Assembly: GCA_050575255.1 (NCBI GenBank)
Contig: JBNZDD010013634.1
Coordinates: 767,558 to 831,557 of the forward strand
DNA length: 64,000 nucleotides
From: Harriotta raleighana
Taxonomy: Eukaryota
Reading direction: 5' to 3'
Shown here: positions 13,440 through 25,220 of the stretch, in pieces
How the letters are laid out: every line of letters begins with the position of its first letter
Position numbering within the stretch: the stretch's first letter is position 1
Notes under the pieces: generated by a model
The model's database searches: none
The model's input: the letters and a program-made list of their open reading frames with translations, nothing else
Told to the model about the DNA's origin: nothing
Program-made: the position numbers and the translations under genes

Positions 13440-13665
13440 GAGTATTTTATCATAAAGGGTTGTGGAAACTTGGAATTCTCTCCCACCAAAGGTTGTGCAC
13501 GCTGACTCAGTTGCAATTCTCAAGACTGAGGCCGACTGATATTTATTGAGTCAATGCATTGAGGGACATGGAGCAAAGGCAGGTGAGGTACATATCAGCC
13601 ATGATCTGACAGAATGGTGCAACAGGCTCGAGAGGATGAATGGCTGACTCCTGTTCCTGTGTCCC
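13440..13665 (+). mobile_element. CR1-clade LINE 3' end
   Basis: agggttgtggaaacttggaattctctccca... atcagccatgatctgacagaatggtgcaacaggctcgagaggatgaatggctgactcctgttcct is a typical shark CR1/HER1-like terminus. Confidence 0.8.
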
Positions 13666-14892
13666 GAGTGTAAAGTGGATTGATTTACTCGGGCTGTTTC
13701 CTTCGATCTGCAGCGAGACAAGCCAAGCAGCAGAGCCACGGTGGCCTGTTCTCATTTGATCATACATGTCCCCCCCACCTTCCCACTCCCTCACCCAATG
13801 TCCTTCTTGGCACAGCAAAGAACTACACATATAGCTTAACACGCTGACGAAACCACAAGTCAAGGTTTCGATGACACTATATTAACATGAGCTCCCCGAT
13901 ACCCGATAGCTACTGCTCTATTTTAATACTTCGTTTTACAAAACATAATCTGATTTGACAATAAGGTACAGCCTTTCATAATCTGCCAAGAAACATTAGA
14001 CATTTTACAAAACCTGGATTGCTTACATATTGCTGCCATGTATCAATGTGGACTAAAATTGGCAACGCTCGCAAATGGCAACGTTGCTCTTTGGCAAAAG
14101 CCTCGGTGGTCAAAGTTAGGAGACAAACTTTTTCTTAAAAAAACAAAAAACACGAAGAAAAATAGAAACGCCACAAACACTGCCTCACCTCAACCCAGGG
14201 AGCCTTCTTGGATGAAGACCGATAGCATAAGTGATGGAACAAGTTATCCGATCTACTCTACGTGGGTTCAGCACAGAATAGCAGCGATTATTGGCTTGCA
14301 AAAGGAAAATGCAAAAAACGCACTTTCCCATGAACAGCCAGGCGCTTCTCCTCTCATTGTTCCTCTACACTTTAATGGCAAATTGATTTCCTCACAGGAT
14401 CTTTGTCAAAAATCCTGCCATCAACAGGACTTGCACTTATATAGGCTCCTCACACGGGTAATGGCCTAGAGCGCTTGACAGTGGCGGAGCACAATAGAGA
14501 GCCGGGGGTTAGTCACTATAGGCATGGTCGAAGAGGAAGCCCTTTCATTTACTCTTTTATCAACAGGGTTGCTTTCTCCAAATGATTTTACCAATTTGTG
14601 TTTGCCACACAATAGCATATGTGGAATTTCTTCACCATTGTCTAGGAGGTAGATTTCTCCCCCACTTCCCAAATTAATGTAACTAGGAATTCACAGTCGA
14701 TTCTCTCTCTAAAATATCCTCCAGGGAATCCATGAGCTTTAGTTCACTTTCCAGTTTCTACACTTTAGCTCAGAATGTGAACCAAAAAAAAGAGGCATTT
14801 CCTCTGGGTCTGTGGATTCCGAAAGCAGAAGATGCCAAACCAAATGGTAGTTGTATTTCAGATTTTTGTACTTTAACTGTTTTTTCTGTATT

Positions 14893-14954
14893 ATCTATAT
14901 ATGTATGTGTATATATATATATACACATACACATATAAATATACATAAATATAT
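14893..14954. repeat. AT-rich (TA/CA) compound microsatellite
   Basis: Direct read of the sequence. Confidence 0.85.
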
Positions 14955-16799
14955 GAATCAATAAAAAAAGGCTGATACATTATTTGTGGAAAGTTGGCAT
15001 AAATATGCTTCTTGGCAAATGGTTCCACTCTAGTAAGATGTGAAAATATTCATAGTGGTTTGATCCTTTATTGCCAGACATGTGTATAAAGAGAGAGAGA
15101 GGGTGGCATTTAACACAAAGATGACAATCTTTGGTTTTCAAAACACTGTGGCTTTGTTTGTCTTTTGGAAATCCACTGTGAGTGCTGGGTCAAAGGAATT
15201 GGATTGACGGGAAGTGGGATCTAGTCACAAAATGACCAAACATCAAATCATATTTTCCAATATGCAATAATACACTGGAACAACATGGGAACTCAATGCT
15301 CTAGAGCAAGAGTACAATAAATACTGTTTCTGCCATGGGGGGGTGGTGGTGGTGGGGGAATGAATAACTTCTCTTTCCAGCCAGCAGAATTTGGTTTAAC
15401 ATTAACAAAACTGTGCACACAAACCCAGTTCATCAAAAAGATTTATTGACTAACCAAATTGCCACACCCAATGACATTTGGGACCTTACTTTCAAAACCT
15501 CAGCATAACATGCCAAGTTATTACTTTAAAAATACGTAGTCATTCTTACTGAAGTGTTCAAATTGGGCTCGGTTTTCAGCTCCAGAGAATGACATGAAGT
15601 GAATTTTTAAAGAGATGGCCATAGAAGGCATGACTAACCAATTCCATAACATCATTGATGGACATTAATCAATCTGGGAATGCAATCCAATAGTATTGGG
15701 TTTGTTTTATGAGAAGGAGATAATGGTGGATGACAGGAAAATAATAGTTTCATTGCTTTTGACAAGTGTACAGAAAGATTTCAAAATTATTCATCCTGCG
15801 ATACAACCCAAATTTACATTTATTTAACACCTTTCATGTTGGGAGAATGTCCCAAGGCACTTAAGAATACCAATTACGCGAGCTGAGGGTGGGAGCTGGG
15901 TGCAGAGGGGGGTCCCATCAGAATGTCAAAAGATAATTCTTAAAACAGTCTGACAATCATTTACATGGAGTGTCAGAGACAGTATAGCTTTCATATATAT
16001 TTTCCATAATTGTTGCTTCATACAAGCTAAAGATAAATAACAAAGAACTTCAAGCAGTATGCACAAGATAGTCGATGAATGGACAGGCTTGTAGATGGAT
16101 AAAATCCTATTTGATAACATCGAAGGTTTCGATTTTGCCACAATCTGGCAACGTAAAACTTGACATTCGCATTGCGATTCACGATAGCGACATGTGGCGG
16201 ACATGAGCTGCAGGGTGCCGTCAACATGCAAACAAGAAAGTCCAGCATACTAATTCAGTACTGAAATCATACTTTCCACCATGGAATGAATTCAGACTCG
16301 AAGCCCTGGAGCACACACGACTGACGAGTGGGTTACAAACACGTCTCTCGCAACTGGAGTTAATCATCACATTACATATCCTGCCACAGCAAGCACCACA
16401 TCTCAATCTTGCCTTCAGTGTACAACCCAAAAACAATGCATCCGAGTGAATGCTCTTGCAATTACGAGCAAGTGAGCTGTTGTTGACGTTTGAAGGGTGT
16501 TCCTGTGATGGAAATTGGATTTTTATTTCTAAATAGGATTTTCTATTTCCACTGGCACTTCTCCACGCCAGCGAACTTAAAATGTTATTAAATTAAAGTG
16601 AATTTTACAGCCACTTTACACTGCTTAGTAATTTCCACAGAGGTTGCTGACATCAATATACCAACATCATGGTCAGAGGCAAATGTTTAATGTGCCCACT
16701 GAGGGGTAAGCAATACTGCAGTTATGGGAATTGGCGTTTAGCTTTCCACTTGCATTATAAAACAAAATAGGCTGCAAAAGTACTCACTGTACCAATCAC

Positions 16800-17025
16800 A
16801 TAGGTCATTATAGCACAGAATGATTCTATCCATCCCGCCTCATCATTTTTTATGCTATACACAAATCTTTATCCCTCCTAATCCTCTTTATTTCCCTCTC
16901 CCTCATGTATTCATCACATTTCTCCTTAAATACTTTGATGCTCTCCGCTTCACACCTTTCTGTAGTAAGTTCCATATGCTTACCACCCTCCGTGTAAAGA
17001 ATTGATTTATATTTTGTTCACACCT
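16800..17025 (-). mobile_element. Old CR1 3' remnant
   Basis: ttccatatgcttaccaccctccgtgtaaagaatt is the reverse complement of the CR1 ttcttcacgcagagggtggt motif. Confidence 0.55.
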
Positions 17026-17865
17026 AATAATAGTCCCTTGAAAAAAAACAATAATAAGTTAGTCATTTTCAATCCATGATGGTTTGTAAGACAGTGCTGT
17101 GCGCAATTGGCTGCTGCTCTCAAAGGCTGGGTTTGGTCTTGCTGAGCTCGCCAAGGTAGTCTACAAGGTAGATTACTAAAACCCTGCCTAGAGGAGAGTC
17201 CACAGATCAAGTGTTGGGAAATATCTGCAAGAGCATTCTCTATGTATGTCACTAAATATAATGTGAGTTGCAGCCAAGATCCATGAATAATTTCTTTAAA
17301 GGAGTTGGCTTCTAAGTGAGCCAACTTAACTTCACGTCTCCTCTTTATCCACTCCAATGTTGGTCGATGGACGGGCTTTCACCTATTCTGCCCATACTCT
17401 CTGGATCTATGTCCCAGGGTGCCTCCTATTCACTCACTCTCCTCTCTTGTTTTGAGCCAAATCTCAAAATGTTTCTCTGCAACCATGCTTTCGGTCATTC
17501 TTCCCTTTCCCACTCTCTTCAGCTCTCAGCCATTCCACCAAAGAGTCTAGAGACATGCAGCCCTTTACCAGTCTTGATGTATGTTAGAGAAACAGGCCAC
17601 TCATCCTAACTAGTCAGTGCTGATGCCTATATTCTAGCTGAGCCTCCAACCCCTGTAAATTTCTCTGTGACTTGTGCGATGGCAGCACTAATCTGCCCTG
17701 AAACACTGGATCCTTCCCCAGGGGAGAATGCACCTACCTCCCTTAACCCATCTGATCCCATCCTTGTAAAGTCTGAAGCATGCTATATAAATGCATGTTA
17801 CTCTAGAATGGAGCTTGATGAATGTTTCACAAACTATAAATGGTAAGAACACAGCATTTCCCTAC

Positions 17866-18125
17866 CTGAAGGTAGAAGGCTCTCTAAGCAGCCACTTGTC
17901 TAAGACAGTCCCTTTCATGAACTCATAGCACATGCCATTCTGAAAAGTGCAGTAAAATTCTGGAGCTCGGCTGTGAGCGTGGAGCATCTGAAAACTTTTC
18001 ACTTCGTTGTCACGATCTACAAACAGTTCCGTCATCTTCCCGTAGAGTCTCACAAGAATAACATCTTGCATCGTCTCATCCACATAGCAACCGATGAGCT
18101 TATTAGTGATTCCATCTGTAAAAGA
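17866..18125 (-). CDS. ETNK2: Ethanolamine kinase coding exon 2 (SFTDGITNKLIGCY...VRLYGKMTELFVDRDNEVKSF...YCTFQNGMCYEF...EPSTFR)
   Basis: Hallmark ETNK motifs FTDGITNKL, LVRxYG, VDRxxE and YCTFxNGxCYE. Acceptor tttctcag| at 18127-18126 and donor TTCAG|GTAGG at 17865. Length 260 bp, phase 0 to 2. Confidence 0.96.
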
Positions 18126-19169
18126 CTGAGAAAGACAATCGAAAAGATCAGTTTCTAAAAAAAATCTACACAACAGAGCCAGGCTGATGGTACCTGACTT
18201 ACATATAATAAACCATCCATTATCAACAACAAGAAATTACATTTGTAATGTAATTTGTACATTTGTAGTGCCTTTCACATCTGGAAGGTGCCACAAGGCG
18301 GTGAACAGTTAGGGATTTGGACCCCAAAGTGGAACCTGTTGTTACACACTGAAATCTAAGGGTTGAATTTTTTTTCAGATCTCATTACTTACTGAGTAAG
18401 ATTTTATTTGAACTTACTTTGGCTCCAGAGAGAATTTCTTTGGTATGGCTTAAACTCATCTGATCAGATCACCAAATATGCAAATCCGAATAGTTTATAC
18501 TTGGTAAAATTACAAATTGCAATTACCCAATTCAGTCGTCGACAAAAATGTGCTGTAGGTTTTCCGCATGTTAAAATGCGCACACAACCCTCCAACCCTC
18601 TCGATTCCAAATCACAGCTTGGGTGAAAAACCCTCAACTGTCAAGTGCTTTGGGTCATCCTTCCAACATGAAAAGCATCATATAAATGTGTTGTTGTTGT
18701 AGCGATTTTCGCACATCTTGGCTGGGTGCTGTGGAGATTCGTGATGTGAAAGAGGAAAGGCAACGAGTGGAACTAAAGAATGAAGAAAGCAAATGTGAAC
18801 GAGAAAGGAATACAGGATGAGGAAAAAAGATAAATAAACACGCGGAGGAGATTAAAAAAACCTGAACAATAACTATCAGAATAAACAATTTTGTTTACAT
18901 TTGTTTGCTTGGTAACAGCTTCACGTTGCAGTGAAGAATCTCATTAATTCATTCTATTTCTAAAATAAGACTACCAGATCTCCAATTTGAATTATTTAAC
19001 CAGATAAACCATATACATCAAATGCCTAATTTTCATACACTTCTATTGCCAAGTTAGCACTGCGTAACTACTGACTATACCACCTACACATAACCGCTAG
19101 GCATTTGGACGCATTACTTGAGATGCACAAAGATCAGCAAATCTAAACGCAACAGCGCTGTTGGTAGCA

Positions 19170-19641
19170 TTCTCACCTCTGAGGCAGATGGTTTTGCTTC
19201 ACACTTCGGGATTTGGAACTCCTAAAGTCTAGGGAGGCTGACCCTCCAATGCAGTATTGAGGGAGTGCTACATTATCCAGCGCCTTGTGACGTCCTCCTG
19301 ACGTGAAAGGCGCTACATAGGTGTAATTTTGTTGTTGTTGAGTGGCTGTTCGTCCATGCCTTTGGATGAATCGTTAAAATGTCTGCCTGTTCAGGTGGAT
19401 GTTAAATATCCCGTTGGCATGACTCAAAATGTGAAGGGAGTATCTCCCAGTGTCCTGACCAACAATCCCACAGATAAAATTGGGGAACTCACTTTGTGGC
19501 TGCTTGTGGGACATTGCAGTGTGCAAATTGGCTTCTGCTTTCATTCCACAACGCGCACACTTTACAGTAAATCCTGTGAAGTGCTTGGAAATGTCCTCCT
19601 GATGTGAGAGGCACTATACAAAATGTAAGGATTATTATTAT
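19170..19641 (+). mobile_element. Near-full-length Deu-domain SINE (SacSINE1-like) interrupted by a roughly 65-bp L2 tail at about 19277-19340
   Basis: Head ggtagcattctcacctctgag, then tgcagtattgagggagtgct, Deu core cctgttcaggtggatgttaaatatccc, stem-loop tail and (ATT)n. Confidence 0.8.
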
Positions 19642-20314
19642 CTACAATAAAGGCAGCTAGCTTGCCACTTAAGAATATAGAGGCAACATAATGCTAACAA
19701 GAGTTCTAAAATAAATTCAAAACACATTAAAGCCCCATGAAGAAAACCCAGTCAAAATAGATATTCCTGTATTAAATAAACTCCAAAATTCAACCCAGGA
19801 GCTGTGGGTTCTGTACTAAGCTTCCAATGGATTATGGCTGGAACTAATACCGTTTTGAACTGGTGTAAGTGCACTGGATCCTTCTGTGCTCCAAACCAGC
19901 ACATATGCCCTCATAAAGCTGGTCAATAGTCATATCGTTCTGAGCTGTACGCAGAACATCATAGCCATAAAATCTCATTTTCTACACTTCACTGACCTTA
20001 GTGATGCATTTAGCAGAAGTATCTGGCAAACTAGTGAGCTGCAAACAGGATATGTCCTCACGTGAAGACTGCAAATCACACCCTGGTGTCACTGGTGGCA
20101 GTGTGAAAGCAGCTGAAATTCATCTCCAATCAATTTAAGGCCCAATCTCTGTCAAGCCTTGTGGAATCTCAAAACCGGATCATTTCAGAATGCACTTGCC
20201 AAAGAACAGAATTGCCCAAAGCGACCAATTTGAAAGGGAACACAAATAGACTGTGCCACAAATTTCTGGGTTCCCAGATCTCAAAACTTAATGAGAGAGG
20301 AGGCAAGGCACTGA

Positions 20315-20608
20315 TTATAATAATAGTAACCTTGCATTTGATATACCGCCTTATCATGACATTGAGACATCTCAAAGCGCTTCACAGAATATACTGTAAA
20401 GTGAATTGACTGGGTATTTTGTGCACGGAACGTGGCAATCAGCTATGCGTAACAATGTCCCACAAACAATCGGGGATTGGATGACCACTTTTGTTTTGGA
20501 GGGATTATTACCCCCGAAAAGTGATCTGCTAATCGACTAACAACCATGTTCCTACTTACTGCTACATAAACAGAGGCATGTGGAGTAAAAAGCTTGCCTA
20601 AGGTTTTG
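20315..20608 (-). mobile_element. Long-form SINE, 5' truncated
   Basis: Same organisation as 10800-11142, including the tgcctctgtttatgtagcagtaagtaggaac segment. Confidence 0.8.
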
Positions 20609-21429
20609 CACTTAATATACAAGCAACATAAATAACACAGTACTAACAAGAGTTCTAAAATAAATCCAAAACACAGTGAAAACCAAGTCAAAATAGATAT
20701 TCCTGTACAAAACAATAAATCACATTGCCCATTATCCTTCTACTTAATACCACACCTTTCAACTTAGGAGGTTGTCCAAAGCACTGCACAGAATAAACTG
20801 TAAAATGTATTGCCTATGAATTTTGTATCTGAATATGGCAGCCAATTTGTGCAAACCCAGCCATGGCTGTTTGTGGAACATTGCTGGACCTGTGTAGTCA
20901 CTACACTTACTGTGAAGTGCAACAATTCTCTCATTCACCGCTCCGATCCCAATACTACAGCAATGTTTCTGTGCCCTGTGTTGTGCAGGATTTGGAACTC
21001 CTCATATGTTGTAACAAAAGGCACATACTCTGTGATATTGGTGAGATGACCAGTTTCATGTTGGGAAGAGAGAGAGTGACTGCTACTTGCCTAACCACAA
21101 AAATCAGCATTAAAAGGCCCAATGTCTTGACAAAACTCAATTTGCTCTATATTTTCCGTGGCCAATTGAGTGTGGAGGATTTAATAAACAAAATACCCTA
21201 GAGACCACAGTCCAAGCTTGTTGTGAGTCAGACTTGCAGAGCAGAATTAAAATTCTGCTGGAACCTAGGCAACAAATCCAGTTATTGGTTGGTACTGACC
21301 ACATAAATTTTATGAGTGCAACAATGTGCCATTGCTTGTGCTTCACTACCTCCCATTGAATTCCAAGTCGTCAACCAGCATTGCCCAAACATCTGAAACC
21401 CTCTTCCAAAGCCACTTCACCTTGTTACT

Positions 21430-21665
21430 ACTCCCCCCAACTTCGAAAAGCTTCCAGGGTTCTGGCCAACAATCCCACTGATAAAATTGCTCATTCGCTT
21501 CATGGCTATTTGTGGGATGTTGCTGTGTGTCAATTGTTACCATGTGGATCTGGAAAAGACAGTCAGTACACTTTCCAGTATGTTTTTGTAAAAGGCTTTG
21601 AGATGTCCTCCCAACTTGAAATGTGCTGTATCAAAGATACGAATCATAAAGGATCAAAGGATTAA
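21430..21665 (+). mobile_element. Deu-domain SINE remnant
   Basis: tctggccaacaatcccac..gataaaattg..tttgtgggatgttgctgtg and a degenerate tail. Confidence 0.65.
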
Positions 21666-22199
21666 AAATTCTCTGTTAGAAACAAAACCCTTTTGTTCAC
21701 TTCTATATTCCTCCCACTTTGTGCTCAGTGTCCACTGCTCCCAACAGTTAAGCACGTTGAGACGTTGACTCCATGGTTTGACACTATATTCATTGAAGTT
21801 GCTGAGGCAATAATTTCCTTTGAGGAAACCAGTCAGATTGAAAATGAACTTGTCAGCAAAGGACTGATATGATTGTTCATGCAGTGTGTGTGTGTGTGTT
21901 TTTATTAAATACCTTTAGTACAATGTTGGGGGGGTGTTTACCTCTGTAATTCATATTTCTACCCCACTCTTTCTTTTCAATACCGGTCTGTAATTCAGAA
22001 TAGCTTCCAGTCAGCCTGTGTGAGGAGCTCAGTTGCCATTTGTGTGTTCAGCAAACTTGATATTTTCTAAACCGTTTCCTCGTTCATTGAAAAGAAATGG
22101 AAAGTTGGAGCTCAAGTATTTAATCACAGTTCGCTTTGATGCTCGGAGGGACTTGACTTTGAGAAAACCAGAATTTGGAATAATATTTAGAAAGGGCTT

Positions 22200-22447
22200 T
22201 TGAGTTGGGCATTAAAGACCACCTTGCACTATTCAAAAAGAGAAAGGAGTTTCTCCTGGTGTTCTGGGCAGTGGTCAAAATGGATCATTCGCTCAGCGGC
22301 AGTTTGTGCAACTCTGCTATATCCAAATTGGCTGCTGCATTTGTCTACAAATTACACAGTCACTGCACTTTACAAGTAAATCATGTGAATCGCTTTGAGA
22401 TATCTTGATACCCAGAAAGGTGCTGTATCAAATTAAAGATAATTATC
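22200..22447 (+). mobile_element. Deu-domain SINE remnant
   Basis: gcactattcaaaaagagaaaggagtttctcctggtgttctgg ... caaattggctgctgcattt and tail. Confidence 0.65.
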
Positions 22448-24010
22448 CTCTAGTCTAATTATACTGCACATTTAGTTAACTCATCAAAATGTTAAGAACT
22501 GGGAGGAGAAAGATCCAGTCTGAAAGCAAATTATTCTAATGGGTGAAGTCCCGTGGAACTTTTTCAGATCCACTGACACTGTCGGTTCTCAATTAGGTCA
22601 CAATCCCAATAAAACCCAGAAATGCTTCACAGTGATGACGTGGCGAATGACCGCTATGATATAAGGAAACATTTATCAAAGAATTACAGGAACAGAAGGT
22701 TTCGTTCTACAGGAAAAGCCCGATCACAAACTGGGAACAATGCTATAACAAACATATGCTGTGCAAGATATTTCCTCTAACAAGGTTTTGCTGTGTTTTA
22801 GGTTCAGACCTTTTACTATTTTGTGCCACTAATTCTGATAAATGCAAAGCAACGAGCTTTGGATCTGACACACAGATCAGAGGTAGCAATTCACAGCAGC
22901 CCCCATGGTTCCAAGACCACCTGGGTTTTATACAAAGTGACACTTCCGTAGTTGCTGAACAGTTCCCTGTTCCACCACCAGTACAGAGAATGTGAGTCAG
23001 TCGGCAACTCAGTAATGGGAAATTACCTTGTATCCCAAGTCCCCAGTGGTGATATGTATAGCTGCAATACATCCAAACACAAAGTCTGTACCCCCAGCAC
23101 CCCAGTCTTTCATTATCATATTTCAAATCTATTCTGAAAGCGCAGCAATGAATAACAGAAGCCTGAAAATTCTCCTAAACTCAGGCTTTAAAAAAATTTA
23201 TTTGGTCACTCGATTCACAGCTGTTTGTGGGACACAGGTGAGTGCAATTGGCTGCCACGCTTCACCCACAAAATACACAGTCGTTACAATTTACAGTGCA
23301 TTCTGTGAAACACTTTTGATGTCTCAACAACATGATAAAGATTCTTATCAAAAGATTATGATTATGGCGATTATTATTCTTACTACTATTATTAACACCA
23401 TTGTCCTCAAATATAACGTCATGCACAAGTGTGAAAGTTACTTCAATTCACTTTTAATTGGAAGTCTTTTTGGTATTAAAAAAAAAGAAACTGGCTTGCA
23501 AATTGAAGCTGAATTTAAAATGTTTCTGAAGTTCTATATGATTCCACAGTTTAAGTCGAAGATCTTAAGGCCACGAGACACCATGATGTGTCCCCAAAGA
23601 GAACGTTTCCCGCATTCTTTTAAGATGTTCAGCTAACATCCTCTCGATTGAATTTTTTACCTTGAAGGTGTCTACTGCAGTAACACATCAAGGTTATAAG
23701 TGTGCACACGCACTCACAGACAGACCCTGCCAGCTTCCTAATTGCAGAGCAGGGCACTTTGAAGAATTTTTGCTTAACAAAAACAAGCTTAAGAATCACA
23801 GGATAGAAGGAAACGCTTCTTTTGCTCTACATGGTGCACAGACCTTACCTAGTTCTCTATAGTTTGTGGTCCTTACCGAGGTCTCTGTGGTATATGGACC
23901 TTAACGTAACTCTCTGTCGTGTTCAGACTCAGATAGCTCTCTCTAGGGCAAGTCTCTACCTTTTAAAATTGCAGGTGTTTTGACAGTACATATTTGATGA
24001 GCTACCTTAT

Positions 24011-24141
24011 TCCTATGCTATCATCTGCACAGTCTATATGCACTGTTAACTCATGCTCCATGTGGCACTGGTTAGNTCCTATGCTATCATCTGCACAGTC
24101 TATATGCACTGTTAACTCATGCTCCACGTGGCACTGGTTAG
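24011..24141. repeat. 65-bp duplication around N at 24076 with one mismatch (probable haplotype overlap at a contig join)
   Basis: 24011-24075 versus 24077-24141, differing at ccatgtgg/ccacgtgg. Confidence 0.9.
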
Positions 24142-24350
24142 CAACAACAACAACAAAATAAAATTCCTATAGCGCCTTTCAAATCACTAGGATGTCGCAA
24201 AGCGCTAGGCAGACAGTCATTTACACCTAAACTGGGGTTGGGATCAGGGAGTGTAGAGGGAAATGGGAAGGGGGTGTCCAATGGCATGGTTGAAGAGGAG
24301 GGTCTTGAGGTAGGACATGAAGGAGTCCAGGGAGGGGGCGAGGAGTACAA
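24142..24350 (-). mobile_element. L2 LINE 3' end with (GTT)n tail
   Basis: (CAA)n followed by the reverse stem-loop atagcgcctttc...gatgtcgcaaagcgct and a purine-rich 3'UTR complement. Confidence 0.75.
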
Positions 24351-24879
24351 TGTAGTGCAACATAACCCTTTTCCAATGTTTTTTACCTCACTTCCATCAG
24401 ACTCTCACAACCAGAGTCTTGTTTAGGCATCACACGGACATCCGATCCCCCCCAACAACCCCATTCCACCAACCCCCTCCCCTCTGCTGCCCTCAATTGT
24501 AAACTTTCCTCTATTCTCCAGTACTGGTTAGAACACACTGTATCCACGGTTGTAGTTTTTTTTGGGAGAAGAAAACTATGCCCCATTTATAGAAACCAAA
24601 CATTTGCCAACAAAACAAACCAAAACAAGCACAAGTACAGGAACAGTTAAATAAATCCTAACACCCAAAGAAAACTTCCTGCAAAAGCGAGGGCCAAAAC
24701 AGGCTAACACTGTGCATGAGCCAACAGACTTGGTCAGTGATTTCTTTTTTTAAAAAAAAAGCCCTATTCGAGACCTGAGTTTGCATTAATACAGGTCCCT
24801 TCATTAGGATACTACAGGCAGATTGTACCTCAGTTTAACAGTAATACTCCTCCCTACCTCTGCAATCTATTAACACCAT

Positions 24880-25220
24880 GCCAACCTGTCTACTCTCTTT
24901 GCTTAGCAAACACTGGCTTGCTCATGTCCCCCGCCCTGTCTGTTCTACCATCAGCAGTCGAGCCAATAGCCTTTCTGCCCTCAACCTCTGGAACTGTATC
25001 CCAGAGCTTCTCTGCCTCGTCCCCTCCTTTGCCTCCTTCAGGACCCATTTCAAGAACTTCCACTTTGACTGTGCGTTCTGCCAACCTCCCACCACCCATC
25101 TTGTCCTCCACCCCCTCTTAATTCCAACCCCCCCAGCTCAGATGCAAACCCTCGATTGTCCAATGTCTTCAGACATCTTCCCAACGTGAAAGACGCTTTA
25201 TAACTGCAATTTGCTGTTAA
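24880..25220 (+). mobile_element. L2 LINE 3' fragment
   Basis: agcctttctgccctcaacctctggaactgtatcccag...ctccttcaggacccatttcaagaac matches the 52481-53056 copy. Confidence 0.75.

Noticed and set aside
13844-13870. CTGACGA followed by a hairpin, a possible hammerhead
   Set aside because: No GAAA after the stem; just a 7-bp inverted repeat (cgaaacc/ggtttcg).
23028-23636. 202-aa ORF
   Set aside because: Runs through a SINE remnant and (TTA)-like tail, starts at a non-ATG codon and has no recognisable domain.
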